A stretch of 64,000 bases of DNA from Octopus sinensis (taxonomy: Eukaryota), in NCBI RefSeq assembly GCF_006345805.1, contig NC_043007.1, positions 35,650,001-35,714,000 on the forward strand. The letters are read 5' to 3'. Below the pieces are notes generated by a model. The model searched no databases, was not told the origin of the DNA, and saw nothing but the letters and a program-made list of their open reading frames with translations. Positions 51,437 through 61,632 of this stretch are shown here, piece by piece; within the stretch, counting starts at the first letter, position 1, and the number at the start of each line of letters is the position of its first letter. The translations under genes were made by a program, and so were the position numbers.

Positions 51437-52050
51437 ATATATAATACGCACACGTACCCGTTTTGGCTTGGTTGTACACAACGACAGAAATATATGTAGA
51501 GTTTATGTATATGTACATACACAAATACACACACACACACACCCACATATATGTCCGAATCTAGTGTTTTATTTCAATAGCTTACTATCAATCATCACGT
51601 AAATAATGGTCCAAAAATCGATATCGAGAGACTTGGGTAGATCCACCACCCTACGATATTCTGTGTATAATAAGTGTGTCAAGATTATATATGTGTGTGT
51701 ATGTGTGTCGAAAAATGTTTCATATAGTCTGTTTATTACACAGTTGAAAACTAAAATATTAATCGAACTTGTAGTTAATGATAGTTTACACTCTTTGTGT
51801 ACGTTGTTATGTGCAAACAGCTTGCAATTTCCACTTGTTCTTTCTTCTACTTTCTCTTTTTATACTCATTCTCATACGTAATAGCCTTTCTGTGATATTT
51901 TTGTCTGCCTTTCTGTCTCTCTAAATGTACGATCTTTACAAATGTATAAATGTTAGTGTGTGGGTTGCATTGAGAAGCGTGTATTTTCGTCGAATAGTTG
52001 TCGAAAGTGTTCAAATAAATTTGTACACTGGTCGTGTGTGTATAATATGT
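50260..52050. promoter_or_regulatory. CpG-retaining non-repetitive island (candidate promoter/regulatory region)
   Basis: Roughly 40 CpGs by eye in about 1.8 kb, versus none seen in unique stretches 45400-45920 and 48340-48880. Palindromic ETS-type CTTCCGGAAG at 50377-50386. Confidence 0.4.
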
Positions 52051-52087
52051 ATATTAAAAATTAACTGCTTAAATTTGTATCATCAAT

Positions 52088-53480
52088 ATCATCATCATTT
52101 AACGTTCGTTGTCCAAGCTGGCATGGGTTGGACGGTTTGACCAAGGCTGGCAAGCTGGAAGGCTGCACCAGACACCAGTCTCATTTGGCATGGTTTTCTA
52201 CGGCTGGATGCCCTTCCTAACGCGAACCACTCTTAGTGTGTGATGGGTGCTTTTACGTGCCACCAGTATCTGCCACTACTACAATTTTGATGGGTCTTCT
52301 TCTCAAGCCCGACATAATACCAAAGGTCTCGGTCAGTGCCTCTGCGAAGCCCAACACTCAAAAGAAATTCAGCCAATTTACCTCCATGAGGCCTAACGTT
52401 CAAAAGGAACTCAACCCCTTTGCCTCCTGGAGGCCAAACACTCGAAAGGTGCTCTTTATGTACCACCAACACTGGTGCCAGTTATGTGACACTAGCAATA
52501 GCTATGACTACGATTTCACTTGGCTTCACAGGTCTTCTCAAGCACAGCATATCGCCAGAGGTCTTGGTCACTAGTCATTGCCTTTGTGAGGCTCAAAGTT
52601 CAAAGATCGTGCTTCACACTTTGTCCCGTGTTTTCCTAGGTCTACCTCTGCTATAGGTTTTCTCCACAGTTAGAGATCAGCACTTCTTTACACAGCTGTC
52701 CTCATCCATATGCATTACATGACCATACCAGTGCAGTTGTCTCTTTTGCACACCACATCTGATAACTTTTCCCTCAAGAGCCTTACACTCTGTCAAACAT
52801 GCACACTAACACTGCACATCCAGCAAAGCATACTGGCTTCATTTCTTTCAAGCCTACGTATGTCCTCAGCTGTCACAGCTCATGTTTCACTGCCATGTAG
52901 CATAGCTGTTCGCACACAGGCATCATACAATCTGCCTTTCACTCAGAGAGAGACTCTTTATGAGCAGTAGAGGTAGGAGCTCTCTGAACTTTGTCCTGCC
53001 TAATTTTATTCTCAAAGCTGCAATCTCAGAGCATCCACCTCCACTACTAACTTGGTCACCTAGATAACAAAATCCATCTACTACCTCTAGCTTGCAACCC
53101 TAGCAGTTGATGAAGTCTATTTCCTGCACATTTTCAGCATTTATTGTACCTGTGCATCTTTCACATACAAAAGCTAGTTTCCCTATCAACCTTCCTCTGA
53201 TATTGCTGCACCTTTTATGTTTCCAAAGCTTACATCAGGTGCATCTTATGGAGTTTCTACCTACACCTTTTCTACAGATTGAGCAGGGCCATCTACCTGA
53301 AAGGGTTTGTGATTTGTCTGCCTTCCTACTTACTAAGACTTTGGTTTTTGCTAGGTTAACTCTAAGGCCCTTTGATTCTAGACTTTGCTTCCATACCTGG
53401 AACTTCTTTAGTTTTGGTAGTGATACAGAAATAAGAGCAAGGTCATCAGCATAGAAGAGCTCCCAGGGGCAGATGGTCAA
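52088..53480 (-). mobile_element. RTE-X-type LINE 3' fragment: RT C-terminus, Cys/His finger, 3' UTR and (GAT)n tail
   Basis: CPWELFYADDLAL..W...LESKGLRVNLAKTKVL..GRWPCSICRKGVGRNSIRC..HKRC..FCYLGD..WYGHVM..GRPRKT. The UTR continues into the family C tail. Confidence 0.85.
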
Positions 53481-54389
53481 AATAAACCCACAAGTCAGCA
53501 ATGCTCAGGCACTGGACAAGAGCATGGAGAACAGTTTTGTTGCTTTGTGCATATCTTGAGCAAGCCCAGCTGACAGCACTTCCATACCTGGCAATGCCCC
53601 CACCCTCCAATCCTGAAGCACTGTCAGACTAAGGATTTCTGGAAATTATTCATAGGCCCTGACCGAAAAGTCCTCTGGAACAGACCAGCCTGTTGATTCT
53701 CATCATGTATAAGTTTCGTTTTTGATTTGTTTTCTACAACTGGATGTCCTTCCTAACACCAACCAATACATAGGGTGTACTAGGATGCATATTTTGTGGC
53801 ACTGTCACCGATAAAGGAAATCAAGGTGAGAGCATGCAAGATAGCAAGAGGTTGGATACCAATTCCAAATGATCATAGACAGGTTATAAGTAGAGTGTAT
53901 AGGATACATGCATACATGATGAAATTCTTAGTGCTGAGGCCTTGACATAGAGAGCTAGGGGGATAATGATGAGAGAGTGAGTGGGGATGGAGCGTCGGTG
54001 AGAGGGAACAATGTACAATGAGCAGAAAAGGTCTGCTGCTATGCTTAGTCATATTGACAGCATAGTAAAGTGAGTTTGAGAAGGGGTGGAGAATGATTGG
54101 GAGATGAGCAATAGAAATATGACAGATAAAGGCACGAGTGATAGAGACTGGCGATAGTGACATCGTTGATAAACAGAGGAATGACAAGGGATGAGTGATA
54201 GAAGAACAAGTGATAAGGGAGCTAGAGAGTTGAGAGGTTATGAAAGGCCAATGACATAGAGTTGACCTGCTTATATACAGATATATTCATTCAGTATATC
54301 AACACATATGTACATACTTGGTATATATTTATACATATATCCTGCTCTCATCAGAGGGAGGCATTATATAATGCAAATTTGTGAAGCAA

Positions 54390-54494
54390 GTACTAGCTTT
54401 GGCAGTACATATTCTAAGATTGGAATGATACAGAAATTAGCATGGCCCCCTGCGCAAGGATGACATGCAAATTCGTGAAGCACTCCATACTTTT
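54390..54494 (+). pseudogene. U6: U6 snRNA pseudogene
   Basis: GTACTAGCTTTGGCAGTACATATTCTAAGATTGGAATGATACAGAAATTAGCATGGCCCCCTGCGCAAGGATGACATGCAAATTCGTGAAGCACTCCATACTTTT aligns end to end with U6. The ACAGAGA box is damaged and several CpG-to-TpG changes are present. Confidence 0.9.
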
Positions 54495-54498
54495 CTTG

Positions 54499-54544
<46 letters not shown>

Positions 54545-54545
54545 A

Positions 54546-54840
54546 TATATAATTATAACAATGAGGGTCTTTGCAACAAGTTGCTAGACCACATACCAAA
54601 AGTTTTAGAAATAGCAACCAGAGGACTGCTATTTCCTTTTACTACAAAAATATGTCTCCACAGACAACAGTATTTGTAACTCATGTATAGCAAAAAAAGA
54701 AGTCAGTTACAAATACTGTTGTCTGCGGAGACATATTTTTGTAGTAAAAGGAAATGGCAGTCCTCTGGCTGCTATTTCTAAAACTTTGGTATGTGGTCTA
54801 GCAACTTGTTGCAAAGACCCTCATTGTTATAATTATATAA
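54546..54840. repeat. Long inverted repeat (about 135-bp arms, 23-nt spacer) flanked by TA
   Basis: 54546-54681 versus 54705-54840: reverse complements with about four differences. Confidence 0.9.
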
Positions 54841-54940
54841 ACTTTTACCGAATATGGTTCCTTTCCATACCGAAATACTACGAGGTGAAATTTGTTGATT
54901 TTATTAAATTAATTATATTTCACCCTTTATCTGTAATGTG

Positions 54941-55331
54941 TGTGGCTGTGTGGTAAGTAGCTTGCTAACCAACCACATGGTTCCGGGTTCAGTCCCACTG
55001 CGCGGCATCTTGGGCAAGTGTCTTCTGCTATAGCCCCGGGCCGACCAATGCCTTGTGAGTGGATTTGGTAGACGGAGACTGAAAGAAGCCTGTCGTATAT
55101 ATGTATATATATATATGTGTGTGTGTTTGTGTGTCTGTGTTTGTCCCCCTAGCATTGCTTGACAGCCGATGCTGGTGTGTTTACGTCCCCGTCACTTAGC
55201 GGTTCGGCAAAAGAGACCGATAGAATAAGTACTGGGCTTACAAAGAATAAGTCCCGGGGTCGATTTGCTCGACTAAAGGCAGTGCTCCAGCATGGCTGCA
55301 GTCAAATGACTGAAACAAGTAAAAAGAGTAA

Positions 55332-55332
<1 letters not shown>
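54941..55332 (+). mobile_element. SINE family A
   Basis: Near full-length match. Confidence 0.9.
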
Positions 55333-55374
<42 letters not shown>

Positions 55375-55940
55375 TTTAGGCCAATGAAGTAGACTTAATG
55401 GTATGCATATCATCATCGCTATTTAACGCCTGTTTTCCACATTGTCATGAGTTTGACAGTTTGACAGGACAATATGACAAGCCACAGGACTGTGTCAAAC
55501 TCCAGTGTCAGTTCTGGTATGGTTTCTGTGGCTTGATGCCCTTCCTAATGCCACATACAGACATGTGTACACATGTATACCTATGCACACGCACACACGC
55601 ATATATACATACATATGCATATACATGCCTATTTATTTATGCACAGCATGGCCACAGCTCGTGAGCTGAAACTAGATAAAATATATAAATATATATATAT
55701 ATAAATATATAAATATAAATATAAAATATATACACACATACACTTATATATTATAATTAGAGGGTATGTTAAAGAATGGTTGCCTCCAAGGAAATACAGG
55801 TTCAATACCTAGTATTTGGGGGGAATGAAATTCTCTTAGAACAATAGGTATATATAATGCATATAGTTTATATCCGTTTAAAAGAAGGATAGAAAATGGA
55901 GATTAGGAAGTTGTTATTAACAACAAATTCGTCATTGTTG

Positions 55941-56038
55941 CTTCTTACAGCTGTTTCAATTAGTACTCAATAATTTAATTACAAATTTGTACATTATATT
56001 TACATTTATGTGACATGAGTATAATTTCATCAGAGGTA
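55941..56038 (-). ncRNA. Type I hammerhead motif, complete core, weak stem I
   Basis: CTGATGA (56033-27), stem II AATTA-TACTC/GAGTA-C-TAATT, GAAAC (55957-53), AGCT, GTA (55948-46). Only 2 bp of stem I are retained. Confidence 0.55.
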
Positions 56039-56195
56039 AAAAAAAAAATAACGTACCTTTGGATGTTATACATGGCCTTATCAATTCATTTCAGCAGACT
56101 AAATGTTACGGTTTATGATTTGTATTGTTATATGCTCGGGCGAGGGGTTTACAGGTTGATTAGAGATAGAGTAGATAAATAAAATTAGAGTAAAG

Positions 56196-56245
<50 letters not shown>

Positions 56246-56436
56246 ATACACAAAAATTATTATAATTATAAACGTAATTATAATTAGAGCTTAGCAAAAT
56301 TGCTTCACCACATACCGAAATTTAGAAATAGCAGTTAAAAACTATTCTACTACCATAAAATACCTCCCAGATAGCAACACTCTCAACTCACACAGGCAAA
56401 TAGGAAAAAAATAATGAATCCACCCGGTTTTGATTA

Positions 56437-56505
56437 ACTATATACGCGTTTCTAGATTAAAGATATGTAAAATAACTCATACCTTATTTCCGTCATCAGT
56501 ATAGT
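56437..56505 (-). ncRNA. Type I minimal hammerhead ribozyme motif
   Basis: Stem I ACTATA/TATAGT (6 bp perfect), CTGATGA (56499-93), stem II GGA..AAGGTATG/CATATCTT..TCT, GAAAC-GC-GTA (palindromic ACGCGT). The first stem II pair is a C-A mismatch. Confidence 0.7.
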
Positions 56506-57175
56506 ATTTCAATTATAAATTTGTGAGCACTAGCAATCAAGATATTTATTCGGCCAAGAGCCATTGAACAAAATTAATATCCAAAAAACCAGTACTTCTG
56601 AATTCATACAGACGAGTTAGGGCTCACACCATCCCCCAATCACCCACGTGCACTACGAGTAATCCTGCGGAAACTGCAGTTTATTATCAGGGAGAGAATT
56701 ATATTATGATATATATGTATATATACACTTTACTCTGCCTCTGGTATTTGAATACTCTTTTTTCCACCTTGTTTCACATTTATGTGTTTACTCCGAAATA
56801 TATATATATGTATGCATGCAAATTTTTACTGTATTACCTGCTACACTTCCGTGTTGCTGAGGTGTGTGCAGCATTGTATGTTCTTGTTTTTCCCTTTGTT
56901 TTGTTTTTTGTGTTGAGGTGGTGGGATTACAAACTCTTCCTGATACTGTATTACATCAGTTTGTTTCATTATAGGGTTTGGTTGCAGTCTTTTGCTGTAT
57001 TAGTGTTTCTACTGTGTATTGAGAGTGTAATGTGAGTTGTGTTACATCGAATTGCTATCGAATTGCATAGGATATAGGTCATTCCTAGCAGGACTATTTT
57101 TTAGATAACATGTTGTGTTGTTGTTCATACATTTTATCATGCCCAATGCTCCAATTATCACTAGTATTGTTTTCA

Positions 57176-57218
<43 letters not shown>

Positions 57219-57219
<1 letters not shown>

Positions 57220-57598
57220 TATGTTTGACTTTTGCTTTACATTTGTACAAGCTGGCTCCAAGTCTCACCCACAGACCTCAAGAGACAACAAGTTAGAAGT
57301 TCATGTTGGTGTTATGCCTAGGGTGCCATATATTTGGTTTTGTACTTAGTGTTGTACTAGTGAATGTCTAAGAAACCATAAGAAAATTATGTTTGTTTTA
57401 AAACTTGAGATTACTCAGGAAGTATTTTGCGTAGGATATGAGCAGTTCCCATGAGCACTATCTTTTGAATTTCTGCTATTTTGGGGTTTCCTGATATCTG
57501 AGGTAGGTACCAATCAGCCCCTTTTGCTATCATTCCCAGGGCACCTATGACAACAGGTATTGTTTTAGTATTCAGGCTCCACATTTTGCTAATTTCGT
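57219..57598 (-). mobile_element. R4/Dong-like (restriction-like endonuclease) LINE 3' end in (ATT)n
   Basis: Open frame 57596-57411: EISKMWSLNTKTIPVVIGALGMIAKGADWYLPQISGNPKIAEIQKIVLMGTAHILRKILPE*, typical of the R4-clade C-terminus. Microsatellite on both sides. Confidence 0.75.
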
Positions 57599-57659
57599 TG
57601 ATTATTATTATTATTATTAAGGTGTCAAATTGGCAGAACCATTAGCATCATCATCATCA

Positions 57660-57990
57660 TCATCATCATCATCGTTTAACGTCCGCTTTCCATGCTAGCA
57701 TGGGTTGGACAGTTCAACTGGGGTCTGGCAAGCCCGAAGGCTACACCAGGCCAGTCAGATCTGGCAGTGTTTCTACAGCTGGATGCCCTTCCTAACGCCA
57801 ACCACTCCGAGAGTGTAGTGGGTGATTTTATGTGCCACCGACACAGGTGCCAGACGAGGCTGGCAGACGGCCACGCTCGGATGGTGTTTTTTATGTGCCA
57901 CCGACACAGGTGCCAGACGAGGCTGGCAGACGGCCACGCTCGGATGGTGTTTTTTATGTGCCACCGACACAGGTGCCAGATGAGGCTGGT
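57660..57990 (-). mobile_element. Family C copy 1 with 63-bp tandem subrepeat
   Basis: Subrepeat starts at 57841, 57904 and 57967. Confidence 0.85.
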
Positions 57991-58489
57991 ACCTGTGTCG
58001 GTGGCAGCGGGGCAAAATGCTTAGATGCATTTCGTCTGTCTTTATGTACTGCTTTCAAATTCCACCGAGGTCGAATTTGCCTTTTCATCCTTTCAGGGTT
58101 AATAAAATGAGTACCAGCTGAGTGCTGGGCTCAATGTAATCAATTATCCCCATCCCCCAAATTTCAGGCCATGTGCCTATAATAGAAAGAATTCTTCTTC
58201 TTCTTCTTCTTCTTCTCCCTTCTCCTTCTTCTTCTTATTATTGTGAGTGTAATGTGAGTTGTGTTATGTTGCATATCCCACCTGTAGATTACATGTTGTG
58301 GTGGTAGTTTATTTTTATTGGATACTAGCAGTATAACCTGGTTTTGCCCGGGATTAAGTTAGGATTATTAAGCTAATCTAGTTCTTTATTTCAAACCAAA
58401 CTAAGTAACATCGACATCAAATTTGGGCGACATCCATTGAAATTGGTTTATATATATATATATATATATATATCATCATCATCATCATC

Positions 58490-58763
58490 ATCATCATCAT
58501 CGTTTAACGTCCGCTTTCCATGCTAGCATGGGTTGGACGGTTCAACTGGGGTCTGGCAAGCCCGAAGGCTGCACCAGGCCAGTCAGATCTGGCAGTGTTT
58601 CTACATCTGGATGCCCTTCCTAACGCCAACCACTCCGAGAGTGTAGTGGGTGATTTTATGTGCCACCAACACAGGTGCCAGACGAGGCTGGGAGACGGCC
58701 ACGCTCGGATGGTGTTTTTTATGTGCCACCGACACAGGTGCCAGACGAGGCTGGCAGACGGCC
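58490..58763 (-). mobile_element. Family C copy 2
   Basis: Near-identical to copy 1, shorter 5' end. Confidence 0.85.
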
Positions 58764-59204
58764 ATATATATATATATATATAAATATATATAACACACAC
58801 GTATGTACATACACCTATTGCATACGTTTTCTGTACGCATACATGTTCGTGTGTATGTATGTTGCCCATATATCAACAAAACACTTTTTTCCTCGATGGA
58901 AAAAAACAACAAAAGTCTTAACAAAAACCTACTCGTCGCTAGAAGGGGACTTAACTCCTGCTTGCAAACAATGGTGATTTTTCTGACTTGAAATTTGTTA
59001 AAAGTTTTGGTTGAAAATTTATTTTTACTGCTATTCGCTGGTGCCTCTGGGAAAAATAAGTTGACAAAAATGCAGCTCGGGTCATGATTAATGTCCTCCT
59101 AAAATTGAAGCGACATGCATGCTAATTTGTGGACGTACATAAATTACATTCATGTACACACACACACCCACGCACATCCTGCCTTTTATATATCATCATC
59201 ATCA

Positions 59205-59529
59205 TCATCATCATCATTTAACGTCCGCTTTCCATGCTAGCATGGGTTGGACGGTTCAACTGGGGTCTGGGGAGCCCGAAAGCTGCACCAGTCCAGTCAG
59301 ATCTGGCAGTGTTTCTACAGCTGGATGCCCTTCCTAACGCCAACCACTCCGAGAGTGTAGTGGGTGATTTTATGTGCCACCGACACAGGTGCCAGACGAG
59401 GCTGGCAAACGGCCACGCTCGGATGGTGTTTTTTATGTGCCACCGACACAGGTGCCAGACGAGGCTGGCAGACAGTCACGCTCGGATGGTGTTTTTATGT
59501 GCCACCGACACAGGTGCCAGATGAGGCTG
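59205..59529 (-). mobile_element. Family C copy 3
   Basis: Near-identical to copy 1, same 5' endpoint. Confidence 0.85.
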
Positions 59530-59704
59530 TACAGATTTTCTGAATAAAGTGTTTGTGATGCAATACATTACCAGGAAGAGTTCGTAACCCCCACCACCTC
59601 AACACAAAAGGAAAAACAAGAACACACAATGCTGCACACACCTCAGCAACATGGCAGTGTTACAGGTAATACAGTAAAAATTTGCTTGAAATTATGGCAG
59701 TTAA

Positions 59705-60130
59705 TTTTGCTGTCTTCATGGCAAAATTCGAGACGCAGTTACTGAAGACATTCAAATCCCTTCATGGTCATGAACCAATACTTTGGTTACGGTTCATTGA
59801 TTATGTATTTTTTGTCTGGAAAGGATCACAGGATCTTCTTGCATTTCTGTGACTGTTATACTAAAAACTATGGCTTTAAGTCCAACATAAAATATATGTC
59901 TAGTTTTTCAAAAACCTAGCGTTGAAGTTTTGGACACAAAAGTTTTCTGGAGGCAGAATAGTGACAGAGTTATTTTGCAAGCCCATGTCATCCCACATTT
60001 ATCTCCACTGCCGCTCCAATCATCCACATCATATTATTTTGGTCGAATTCCAAATCCCAATTTTTGAGGATAAAACGGATTTGTACTGGCATAACGGATT
60101 ACTGGAAACATGCAAACGCTTTTGTACAGC
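59705..60130 (+). pseudogene. Penelope-like element reverse transcriptase remnant
   Basis: FAVFMAKFETQLL..PILWLRFIDYVFFVW (YIDD region), then TELFCKPMSSHIYLHCRSNHPHH..IPKSQFLRIKRIC. Confidence 0.8.
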
Positions 60131-60304
60131 GTTATGTCAAATGCAGTTACAGTGAATCGCGCTGTTGGTAAATTTTGCCAAACAGCCAAGTGATGGGGGA
60201 TGTAAACAGATATCAGCTTTCAAGCAATGGGGTACATACATATACACATACACACAGTATGCACATACATCTGTATATCTTCTTATATATATACTACTAC
60301 TAGC

Positions 60305-60690
60305 ACTTGAGCCCCGTGCTAGTAGGGTGCTAAGAGCATCATCCGAGCGTGATCGTTGCCAGAGCAGCTAACTGACTTCTGTGCCACCAGCATGTAAAAG
60401 GCTTCATTCGAGTGTGATCATTACCAGCATCGCCTTACTGGCATCTGTACTGGTGGCATGTGTAAAAAGATTCAAGTGAGGTCGTTGCCAGTACCGCCTG
60501 ACTGGCCTCCATGCCGGTGGCACGTAAAAGCACCCACTACACTCTTGGAGTGGTTGGCGTTAGGAAGGGCATCCAGCTGTAGAAACTCTGCCAGACCAAG
60601 ATTGGAGCCTGGTGCAGCCATCTGGTTCACCAGCCTTCAGTCAAAATCGTCCAACCCATGCTAGCATGGAAAGCGGACGTTAAATGATGA
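60305..60690 (+). mobile_element. Family C element (RTE-X tail)
   Basis: Colinear with 44990-45380. Ends GCGGACGTTAAA(TGA)n. Confidence 0.8.
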
Positions 60691-61229
60691 TGATGACATA
60701 CATGCACATACACACACACACACACACACACACCACACACACACACACACACAGATATTTATATATAAACTTACTGCAGTACATGCATGTTCACACACAC
60801 ACACACATATATAGATATAGAAAGATAGATAGATGCAGACCCCCACCACGACCATGTGTGTGTTACCTGACGAAAGAAGAATTCACGAGCTTCTGTTGTG
60901 ACTGACCTCAATTATTCCTTCTCTCATTAAGATGATTGTCACTATCTTAAACAACTATAATACATTTGACGTGCTCTGATAGAATATAGCCAGAGGGTTC
61001 TTCCGTAAATGCTAAGTTTGGGCTGCTTTTTTTTTCTGTTTTCTGTGTCAATGTAGTGGTGGTAGTGGTGGTGATGGTAGTAGTAGTAGTAGAGCTAATA
61101 TATTATGATTGTAATTAATCTTTATAATTAACCTTCAAGTTGGCCTTGATCAAATAGAGCTGTCATCTATTGTATAGAAAAACATCCGCAAGCACCCTGT
61201 CATTTTGTAATGGTTATCACAGTGTTTCT

Positions 61230-61632
61230 TTGTTTTTTATTTGTGTCAGTCTATTAGACTGCGACCATGCTGGAGCACCACCTTGTAGAATTTTTAGTCA
61301 AATGAATCACGCCCCCAGTACTTATTTTTCATTAAGCTTGGTACTTATTCTATCGGTCTCTATTGCTGAACTGCCAAGTTACAGGGACATAAGCACACCA
61401 ACCCTAGTTGTCTAGTGGTGGTGGGAGAACAGACACAAAGACACATGCATAAACACACATATATATATATGACAGGCTTCTTTCAGTTTCCATCTACCAA
61501 ATCCACTTACAAAGCTTTGGTCAGCCCAAGACTATAGTAGAAGACACTTGCCCAAGGTGCCATGCAGTGGGAATGAACCCCGGAACCATGTGGTTGGCAA
61601 GCAAGCTACTTACCACACAGCCACTCCTGCAC
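61230..61632 (-). mobile_element. SINE family A, diverged
   Basis: Head and body match. Confidence 0.8.

Noticed and set aside
54360-54494. Functional U6 gene with TATA-like element at about -25
   Set aside because: The ACAGAGA box is disrupted, CpG decay is evident, and a TATA-like string is uninformative in this AT-rich DNA.
57835-57990. 63-bp direct repeats (and 183-bp units at 16111-16770) as a CRISPR-like array
   Set aside because: There are no unique spacers, the context is eukaryotic, and the units are parts of retroelements.
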